DNA of 64,000 bases from an uncultured Acidimicrobiaceae bacterium (GTDB lineage: Bacteria > Actinomycetota > Acidimicrobiia > Acidimicrobiales > Ilumatobacteraceae): positions 30,894 through 94,893 of the forward strand of contig CAWKAY010000015.1 in the NCBI GenBank assembly GCA_963847775.1, written 5' to 3'. Shown in pieces: positions 57,120 through 64,000 of this stretch (positions are counted from its first letter, which is position 1; each line of letters opens with the position of its first letter). The notes under the pieces are model-generated. The model searched no databases. It had not been told where the DNA came from and saw only the letters and a list, made by a program, of their open reading frames with translations. The translations under genes were made by a program, and so were the position numbers.

Positions 57120-57959
57120 TCAGAGTCGCCGTCGCGCGACGACGGCGGCGCCGGCGAACAGGAGCGCGGTGACCGACACGAGGATCAGTGTGATGTTCGC
57201 CGTGCCGTCGAGCGGGCTCCCCGTGTTGACGGCGATCGGTGTGGGAACTGGTGCCGTCGTGGTGGTGGCCCCCGCGACGGTGGTGGTCGTCGCGGTCGCC
57301 GGGGCCGGAAGACGGACCACCTGCAGCACGAAGTCGATCGTGTCGTCGTCGAGCGAGCCGACGACGTAGACGATGGTGTTGGTGTCGGCGTCGAGGTTGA
57401 TGGTGGCGAGCTGGAACGATGCGGTGCCTCCGGTCGGGGCGAGTTGGGCTCCGGTCAGCTGACCGACCGGCAACTCGAGCTCGGCGCTGTTGCCGTTGAC
57501 CGCGCCGGTGATCGGTCGCTGGCCATCGACGATCAGGTCGACCGCTCCCGCCTCGGCCGTATGACGAACCGTCAGCCGCGCTTCGCCCTGGTCGAGCGCG
57601 TCGACGTTGTTCTCGAACGAGGAGAGCACTGCCGTTCCGGCCGCATCGAGGTGAGCGACGATGCTCCAGCTCCCCGATGTCGGCACCGTGAACTGTGCGA
57701 CCGGTCCGATCACGGCGTCTCCGGTGGTCGCGTCGACCACGGCGAGGTTGGTGAGCGGTTGTCCCGCGAACGACGAGATGTCGGCGATCGAGCCGGGGAG
57801 GAAGTCGTTGATGACGACGTCGCCGTCGACCAGGACGTCGACCGTCGAGCCCGGGATGCCGTGTACGAGCGACAGATCGACCGTCGACTGGGCCGCGGCG
57901 GTGCCGGGCCCCCAGGAGAGCGCAGCGAGCACCACCATGCCGGTGAGCAGTCTCTTCAT
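57120..57959 (-). CDS. DUF4397 repeat surface protein with a C-terminal sorting signal
   Basis: Signal peptide MKRLLTGMVVLAALSWGPGTAAA. VHGIPGSTVDVLVDG / VRHTAEAGAVDLIVDG repeats. Tail ...IAVNTGSPLDGTANITLILVSVTALLFAGAAVVARRRL. Confidence 0.8.
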   Translation of the reverse strand: MKRLLTGMVVLAALSWGPGTAAAQSTVDLSLVHGIPGSTVDVLVDGDVVINDFLPGSIADISSFAGQPLTNLAVVDATTGDAVIGPVAQFTVPTSGSWSIVAHLDAAGTAVLSSFENNVDALDQGEARLTVRHTAEAGAVDLIVDGQRPITGAVNGNSAELELPVGQLTGAQLAPTGGTASFQLATINLDADTNTIVYVVGSLDDDTIDFVLQVVRLPAPATATTTTVAGATTTTAPVPTPIAVNTGSPLDGTANITLILVSVTALLFAGAAVVARRRL

Positions 57960-58146
57960 GATCGGGCCTCCGTGATCCCTCGTGCGGTGCTCCCCAGGAT
58001 GGGTACGCCGTAACACCGCAGAGAGAACGCTATCTCACTCGGCGTGGCATCCGCACCTGGAGATCCGATGACACGACGCGGCTGCGCACTCGTGTGATAT
58101 CGCGTGCTTCGGTCGGTCGTGGGCCATCGACGGCGCGTTCGGCGTG

Positions 58147-58335
58147 TCAACCGACCGCGGCGGGTGTCGACGGTTCGGTGCGGGGCGCTACCGGTTCTGG
58201 CGGCTCGACGCCACCCGCCTCGCGGGTGACGGAGCGGACACGGCGGATCAGGGCGACCCGTCGCTCTTCACTGATGGCGACACCCGCCGCGAACCCGGCG
58301 ATCGATCCGAACAACAGACCTTTGAGGAATTTCAT
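58147..58335 (-). CDS. YtxH-like small stress protein (62 aa)
   Basis: MKFLKGLLFGSIAGFAAGVAISEERR. ATG lies 9 nt downstream of GGGCAC. Confidence 0.5.
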   Translation of the reverse strand: MKFLKGLLFGSIAGFAAGVAISEERRVALIRRVRSVTREAGGVEPPEPVAPRTEPSTPAAVG

Positions 58336-58344
58336 GGGTCGACG

Positions 58345-58371
58345 GTGCCCGGCGACGATCCCACCCAAACC
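58345..58371 (-). promoter_or_regulatory. SigF/SigB-type promoter GGTTT-N16-GGGCAC, 9 nt from the ATG
   Basis: On the minus strand, GGTTT at 58371-58367 and GGGCAC at 58350-58345. Confidence 0.45.
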
Positions 58372-58394
58372 CGTTCCCATCGGGGCCTGTTCAG

Positions 58395-58411
58395 TTGGGG
58401 TCTGACCCCGA
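58395..58411. promoter_or_regulatory. Palindrome TTGGGGTCTGACCCCGA between divergent -35 elements
   Basis: Flanked by the 11-bp inverted repeat CCCAAACCCGT (58364-58374) / ACGGGTTTGGG (58417-58427). Confidence 0.4.
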
Positions 58412-58479
58412 CCGAGACGGGTTTGGGTCGCGCGGTCGACGGGAAGGATGGGCGAATCCCCGGACTTACAGGAGACGAC

Positions 58480-58923
58480 ATGACCATCTTCGAGGCACTC
58501 AGCGACGACCACGAGACGCAGCGAACGCTGCTCGCCACGCTGCTCGAGACGAGTGGCGACAGCGACGGTCGTGCCGAGCTCTACGCCCGCCTCAAGCGTG
58601 AGGTCGAGGCGCACGCTGCGGCGGAGGAGCGGTTCTTCTACGTTCCCCTGTTGGAGCACGATCTCACCCAGGACGAGGCCCGGCACTCGGTCGCCGAGCA
58701 CGAGGAGCTCGACGACTTCATCGAGGCCCTCGATGGCTACCGGATGGACGGCTCGCAGTGGAGCCGGACCGCTCGCGAGCTCGGCGAGCGGCTCACGCAT
58801 CACCTCGACGAGGAGGAGCACCAGGTGTTCCAGCTCGCCGGACGGGTGCTGAGCGATGCCGAGAAGACGAGCCTCGCCGGGGAGTACCGTGCCGACATGG
58901 AGCGCCATCGGCAGGCGACGTGA
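58480..58923 (+). CDS. Hemerythrin-domain protein
   Basis: GGAGA RBS. DDHETQRTLL, HAAAEERFFY, HSVAEHEELD, HHLDEEEHQVF. Confidence 0.8.
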   Translation: MTIFEALSDDHETQRTLLATLLETSGDSDGRAELYARLKREVEAHAAAEERFFYVPLLEHDLTQDEARHSVAEHEELDDFIEALDGYRMDGSQWSRTARELGERLTHHLDEEEHQVFQLAGRVLSDAEKTSLAGEYRADMERHRQAT

Positions 58924-58963
58924 TCAGAACCGGGCACGACGAGTCGAACGTGCGATCCGCGAC

Positions 58964-60652
58964 GTGACCGACGCGACCGAGACAGCCGCCGGGGTTGGAC
59001 ACGCCGTGACGAGGTTGCGCGCCGCGGCGTTCGCATGCGCGGCGCTGGCGGTGGCGATCATGATGCTCGACGACCGCGTCGGGTGGTTCGAGTACCAGCC
59101 GGGCGGTACCGCCTTCTTCACCTACGTCCGCCCGGTGTTCTACGGGTTGTTGGTCGTCGGAGCGGCGCTGGCGTGGCGCTGGGAGCTCGCCGGTGCGCTC
59201 GTTGCAGGCTTCGCGGCCGGGTCGATCGGGGCGTTCGTCGTCAACCAGCTCGTCGGCCGCCACGCAATCGTGGTGGTGGCGTTGTTGGCCGTGCCGGCGG
59301 TGTTGTGGGCGGTATCCGATCTCATCGGCCGGTCTGGGGGCATCGTCCTGGCGGGTGTCGCCGCCGCTGCCGTCGCCGTACTGGTCGGGGTCATCGTGGG
59401 CGAGGCGATCTACGATCGATCCTTCGGCCCGACCCACCCAGAATCCGACCGTGTGGTCCTTCCGGCGTCTCCCGTTCGGTGGATCTGGTCGGGTGGAGTC
59501 TCCGCGACCGAAGCAGAGGTCCGGGTCCGAACCGAGCGTGACGATGTGATGACCCTGCGATTGGCGGTCTCCCTCGACGACGGCTTCTCCGACCCGTCCT
59601 ACTTCCCAGCGTCGGTCCGCGATGGCAGTCGCGCGACATTCGCGGTCGACTCGCTCCGACCTGCCACGCGGTACCACTATGCGGTGGAGATCGACGGCCG
59701 GCTCGACCTCGTGCGCAGCGGCACCTTCACGACCTTTCCCGACGGCCCGTCGTCGTTTCGCTTCACGGTCGGATCCTGCGCTCGGGTGGGTTCGAACGGA
59801 AGGGTGTATGACGCGATTCTCGAAGAGCAACCACTGTTCCACGTGATCGCCGGCGACTTCCACTACGGGGACATCCCTGACGACGACCGCGAACGGTACG
59901 ACGAGGTGATCGATCTGACCCTCCGTCGGCCGGCCCAGGCGGCGCTGTACCGATCGACCCCGATCGCGTACGTGTGGGACGACCACGACTACGGGGTGAA
60001 CGACGCGGACTCGTTCTCGCCCAGTCGGCTCGCCGCGATGCGGGGGTACCGCGCCAACGTGCCGCACTACGAGTTGGCCGACGAGGTCTCGCCGATCTAC
60101 CAGTCGTTCGACGTGGGTCGCGTGCGCTTCCTGCTCACCGACGCCCGGTCCGCCCGGGAGCCGGGCGTCAGCATGCTCGGATCGGAACAACTCGAGTGGT
60201 TCCTGGACGCGGTCGTACGAGCGAGCGAGGAGCAGGCACTGGTGGTGTGGGTGAACCCGGTCCCGTGGGTGGCCGATGAGGCCGAGGGTGCCGACCACTG
60301 GGGTGGATACGCCGATGAGCGCGGTCGGATCGCCGATGTGATCGCCGCGCACTCGATCGACCATCTGCTGATGGTGAGCGGCGACGCCCACATGGTCGCG
60401 ATCGACGATGGCACCAACACCGACTTCTCGACAGTGGGTGGAGCCGGCTTCCCCCTGATCCATGCCGCTGCGCTCGATCGTCCGGGGAGCACGAAGGGCG
60501 GACCGTACAGCGAGGGTGCCATCGGTGGTTCGGGCCAGTACGCCGTGATCGACGTCGTCGACGAAGGCGACGCGATCGAGGTGTCGTTGCGGGCGAAGCG
60601 ATACGACGGCGAGACGTTGCTGTCGTACGAGTTCGCGGTTCCGGGGCCCTGA
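58964..60652 (+). CDS. PhoD-like alkaline phosphatase/phosphodiesterase with a polytopic N-terminal membrane domain
   Basis: GDFHYGD, VWDDHDYGVND, SGDAHMVAIDDG. About 4-5 TM segments before the catalytic domain. The GTG 58964 start is a guess. Confidence 0.8.
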   Translation: MTDATETAAGVGHAVTRLRAAAFACAALAVAIMMLDDRVGWFEYQPGGTAFFTYVRPVFYGLLVVGAALAWRWELAGALVAGFAAGSIGAFVVNQLVGRHAIVVVALLAVPAVLWAVSDLIGRSGGIVLAGVAAAAVAVLVGVIVGEAIYDRSFGPTHPESDRVVLPASPVRWIWSGGVSATEAEVRVRTERDDVMTLRLAVSLDDGFSDPSYFPASVRDGSRATFAVDSLRPATRYHYAVEIDGRLDLVRSGTFTTFPDGPSSFRFTVGSCARVGSNGRVYDAILEEQPLFHVIAGDFHYGDIPDDDRERYDEVIDLTLRRPAQAALYRSTPIAYVWDDHDYGVNDADSFSPSRLAAMRGYRANVPHYELADEVSPIYQSFDVGRVRFLLTDARSAREPGVSMLGSEQLEWFLDAVVRASEEQALVVWVNPVPWVADEAEGADHWGGYADERGRIADVIAAHSIDHLLMVSGDAHMVAIDDGTNTDFSTVGGAGFPLIHAAALDRPGSTKGGPYSEGAIGGSGQYAVIDVVDEGDAIEVSLRAKRYDGETLLSYEFAVPGP

Positions 60653-60690
60653 GACCTCGGGTGCTCCGACCGCCCTCGCCGCAGCACCCA

Positions 60691-60717
60691 GGTTTGTGCG
60701 AGTGCGTCGCCGGGTAT
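60691..60717 (+). promoter_or_regulatory. SigF/SigB-type promoter GGTTT-N16-GGGTAT upstream of the ABC-2 operon
   Basis: GGTTT at 60691-60695 and GGGTAT at 60712-60717, 49 nt before ATG 60767 (RBS GGAGGA). Confidence 0.6.
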
Positions 60718-60766
60718 CGCGCCGCCGCCGCGGTGCTCTCGCCGGCGGACCAGGAGGACTCGACCC

Positions 60767-62135
60767 ATGACCGAATCGGCGACGACCACCATCACGAACA
60801 ACCCGGACGGCGCTCGGCGCGTGCGGGGCCGGGCCGGCGACAGCACGGTCGTCGCACGCCGGTTGACCAAGTCGTTCGGCGATGCGGAGGTGATCCACTC
60901 GCTCGACCTCACGATCGAACCCGGAACCATCGTCGGTCTGATCGGCCCGAGTGGGTGCGGCAAGACGACGACGGTCCGGCTCCTCACCGGTCTGCTCACA
61001 CCGACATCCGGGGAGGCATCGATCGGCGGGAAGCCGTCGATCGAGCTGACTGCGGCTGATCGCGCCCGCATGGGCTACCTGCCCCAGACGCCGGCGTTGT
61101 TCCCGGATCTCTCGCTGATCGAGAACCTCAGCTTCCACGCCTCGATGTACGGTCTCCCGTTCCGCCGGCGCGAACGACTCGACGAGCTGCTGGACTGGGT
61201 CGAGTTGTCGAACGACCGGTCCAAACGAGTGGCAGATGCGTCGGGCGGGATGCAGCGTCGTCTGGCTCTGGCTGCGGCGTTCGTGCAGGACCCCGACATC
61301 GTGTTCCTCGACGAACCGACGGCGGGCATCGATCCCATCCTGCGCGACAAGCTGTGGGCCAAGTTTCCGCACCGTCGCCGAGACGGGCAAGACCTTGGTG
61401 GTGACGACCCAGTACGTGGGTGAGGCCGGCAAGTGCGACCAGGTCGGACTGCTGAGCGAGGGTGAGCTGCTCCTGCTCGACACGCCCGAGAACCTGCGTC
61501 GCGCGGCGTTCGCGGGCGAGGTCGTGGATGTGGTGCTCGAGCGACCGTTGGACGACGCGGCGCTCGTGGCGCTCTCGGATCGGGAGTTCGTCGTCGGCGA
61601 GATCGAGCGAATCGACGCCCAGGGAATCCGCATCGTCGTCGACGATGCCGATCGGGCGATCACCGATCTCGAGAACGCCCTGGCATCGATCGGTGCCCGA
61701 GCGGTCGAGATGAACGAGCACGTCGTCGACTACGACGAGGCCTTCGTCCGAGTCGTCGAGCGACATCGCAACGCGAACGCACGGTCCGGAACGGACCTCG
61801 ACGGACCAGCACGCCAGCGCACTGGCGATCGACCGCATTTGACGACGGACGTCACGATGACCGACGGCGTCGGTTCGCGGGATGAACGCTTGCGTGGTGG
61901 TGGGCTGATCGGCGTTGGTTCGCGGGACGAGGGATCGCGTGGTGGTGGGCTGATCGGCAACGGTTCGCGGGATGAACGGTCGCGTGGTGGGCTGATCGGC
62001 GATGGTTCGCGGGATGAACGGTCGCGTGGTGGTGGGCTGATCGGCGATGGTTCGCGGGATGAGGGATCGCACGGCGGCGGACTGGGAGCGGCGTTCGACG
62101 ACCGAACGACGAACGAGACGGGAGGTCGGGCGTGA
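60767..62135 (+). CDS. ABC transporter ATP-binding protein, frame broken by one extra T (61364-61366), with a repeat-containing C-terminal tail
   Basis: GPSGCGKTT, SGGMQRRLALA and VFLDEPTAGIDP lie in the frame of ORF 60767. The continuation RTVAETGKTLVVTTQYVGEA... lies in the frame of ORF 61236..62135. The stop overlaps the permease GTG (GTGA). Confidence 0.85.
61866..62087 (+). repeat. 45-bp tandem repeat, 5 units (one of 42 bp), in frame with the ATPase ORF
   Basis: The units encode G(V/N/D)GSRDE(R/G)(L/S)(R/H)GGGL(I/G). They start at 61866, 61911, 61956, 61998 and 62043. Confidence 0.85.
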
Positions 62136-63649
62136 TATCGGAAACGACACCGCTGCGCACGGTCAGCCCTGCGTGGGCGATCGTGATCCGTTCGTTCGCG
62201 TTCCTCCGCAAGGAGGTCGTCGAGATCGTCCGCCAACCCCGCCTCGTCGCCTTGCTGGTGATCGGGCCGTTCGCGCTGCTGATCATGTTCGGGACCGGCT
62301 ACTCGGAGACAGCGATCGTCAAGCGCGCGATCTTCGTCGGTCCCGCCGGGTCGATCTACGAGGACGTGCTCACCACCTACGAGGATCAACTGTCGGACTT
62401 CATCGACTCCCAGGGCATGGTCGAGACGGTCGCCGAGGGGCGGGCGGCACTCGCCGCGGGCGACGCCGACGTCGTCGTCGTCTTCCCGGTCGACCCGGAG
62501 GTGACCGTGATGTCGGGTGAACGAGCCGTCATCGAGGTGCTGCACGACGAGATCGACCCGATCCAGGAGGGTGCCGTCGAGGTGGCCGCCCGGCTCGCGA
62601 TCCAGGAGGTCAACGCGACGGTACTCGCCACACTGGCGGCCGACACCGAGGCCGAACTGGCGTCCGTGGGTGATCTGCGCGATCGGTTGTCGACGATCAA
62701 CGACCGGATCGACGCCGATCCGATCGAGGCTCGCAACGGGTTGCGCAACGAGCTCGGTCGCCTCGCTTCGGTGCTCGACGGAACCTCGACGATCCTCGAG
62801 CGGCTCGACCCCGCCGAACGTGCCGAGCTCGTGCAGCTGGACGACGCGCGAGTGCTCGCGGCCACGGTCGCCGAGCGAGTGGAGACGGTCGACGAGTCGA
62901 CCAGCGACGCCGAGCTCGCCGAGCTCTCGGACTCGGTCGGCGCTCTGGTCGACGTCCTCGACGAGGCGGTCGTGCTCGATCCGGAGGTGCTGGTGCGACC
63001 GTTCGAGAGCCGGACCGACAACCTGGTGCCGGGGTCGGTGACACCGACCGATTACTTCACGCCTGCTTCCCTGGCGCTCCTCCTCCAGCACCTCGCGCTG
63101 ACGTTCGCCGCGCTCTCGCTCGTGCGTGATCGGCGCACAGGCCTGTTCGAGCTGATGCGTGTGGGGCCGCTGTCGTCGATCGAGATCATCATCGGCAAGA
63201 TCTTCGCCTACCTCCTGGTCGGCTCGTTCGTGGGCGCTGCCCTCGTCGGCGCCTCCGTCTACGGCCTCGGCGTATCGCTCGCAGGCTCGGTCGGGTGGCT
63301 CGCGATCGTCGTCGTCGGCGTGCTCCTGGCGTCGCTCGCGTTGGGCATGGTGCTCGCCATCGTGTCGTCGACCGACAGCCAGGCCGTGCAGTATGCGATG
63401 CTCGCGTTGTTGGCCGGGCTGTTCTTCAGCGGCTTCATCCTCCCGATCGGCGGGCTGAGCTATCCGGTGCGGATCGTGTCGTGGTTGCTCCCTGTCACCT
63501 ACGGCATCGACACGATGCAGGACATCATGCTCCGCGGGACGACCCCGTCCGCCGAGATGGTGGGGCGCCTCGCCGCGCTCGTGGTCGGGTACGGCGCACT
63601 CGCCGTGTACGGGCTTCGGCGCAAGCTCAGAACGGGAGGTGCGACGTGA
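62132..63649 (+). CDS. ABC-2 type permease with a large extracytoplasmic loop
   Basis: 505 aa. One N-terminal TM segment, a loop of about 270 aa, then 5 C-terminal TM segments. Confidence 0.8.
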   Translation: MISETTPLRTVSPAWAIVIRSFAFLRKEVVEIVRQPRLVALLVIGPFALLIMFGTGYSETAIVKRAIFVGPAGSIYEDVLTTYEDQLSDFIDSQGMVETVAEGRAALAAGDADVVVVFPVDPEVTVMSGERAVIEVLHDEIDPIQEGAVEVAARLAIQEVNATVLATLAADTEAELASVGDLRDRLSTINDRIDADPIEARNGLRNELGRLASVLDGTSTILERLDPAERAELVQLDDARVLAATVAERVETVDESTSDAELAELSDSVGALVDVLDEAVVLDPEVLVRPFESRTDNLVPGSVTPTDYFTPASLALLLQHLALTFAALSLVRDRRTGLFELMRVGPLSSIEIIIGKIFAYLLVGSFVGAALVGASVYGLGVSLAGSVGWLAIVVVGVLLASLALGMVLAIVSSTDSQAVQYAMLALLAGLFFSGFILPIGGLSYPVRIVSWLLPVTYGIDTMQDIMLRGTTPSAEMVGRLAALVVGYGALAVYGLRRKLRTGGAT

Positions 63650-64000
63650 GTGCCACGACGACGACGACTGCCGGCCGCCGACTCCTGCCCGGTGATCCGC
63701 AGGCGGCGACGTTCATGCGATCGATCGCCGTCCTCGGGATCGTGGCCGGCATGGTGCTCACCCTCGTCGGTTGGCGATTCCTCGGTGATCTCGATCGCAA
63801 TCTCGATCAGAGCCTCACGATCGGGGAGGATGCGGCGGCGACCCTGTCGGAGACGATCGACGTCGCCGACGACGTCGTCGTCTCGCTCGACGAGGGGCTC
63901 ACGACGCTCCGGATCACCCTCGACACGCTCGACGCCACGCTCACCGACACCTCCGAGTTGGCAGATGTGACCGCCGATCTCGCAGCCGATCTCCCGGCCG
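63646..64000 (+). CDS. 5' part of a TM-anchored protein running off the right edge
   Basis: GTGA overlap with the permease stop. Reads VSATTTTTAGRRLLPGDPQAATFMRSIAVLGIVAGMVLTLVGW...LDQSLTIGEDAAATLSETIDVADDVV. Absent from the ORF track because no stop lies in the window. Confidence 0.55.
   Translation, partial: MSATTTTTAGRRLLPGDPQAATFMRSIAVLGIVAGMVLTLVGWRFLGDLDRNLDQSLTIGEDAAATLSETIDVADDVVVSLDEGLTTLRITLDTLDATLTDTSELADVTADLAADLPA

Overview
High-G+C (judged by eye, not computed) actinobacterial chromosome segment centred on the replication origin. The left two thirds follow the classic Mycobacterium/Streptomyces oriC neighbourhood. In order: cca, GNAT, Rv3909-like protein, DegV, Ser/Thr kinase, SigM-like ECF sigma with anti-sigma, trxB, trxA/cwlM, parB-parA, rsmG, jag, yidC, yidD, rnpA, rpmH, then dnaA, dnaN, recF, dciA (DUF721), a 2.7-kb insert, gyrB, gyrA, TadE-like, DUF3566 and tRNA-Ile(GAU). 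DnaA-box clusters flank dnaA, and two parS sites sit upstream of parA. The right third looks more accessory: an ECF sigma pair, an Opp/Dpp-type importer without ATPase genes, a RecQ-like helicase, MgtE-N/CBS plus DUF1003, and a molybdopterin oxidoreductase. It ends in a stress-type cluster (csbD, STAS antagonist, usfX/rsbW-sigF, sortase plus DUF4397 substrate, YtxH, hemerythrin, PhoD, ABC-2 exporter). I saw no transposase, integrase, CRISPR array, rRNA or recognisable defence or toxin system, and I cannot point to a convincing new multi-gene system. The most interesting signals are four: (1) near-consensus SigF/SigB-type promoters (GGTTT-N15/16-GGGYAY) around the sigF locus, two of them 9 nt from an ATG; (2) a 17-bp palindrome, TTGGGGTCTGACCCC(A/G)A, recurring at three intergenic sites; (3) six unrelated tandem-repeat arrays (13, 13/14, 17, 45, about 84 and 120 bp); (4) at least five single-base frame disruptions, one in essential gyrA, which suggest assembly indels rather than biology and cast doubt on an apparent trxA-cwlM fusion. 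All family calls come from reading motifs in the supplied translations; no database search was run.
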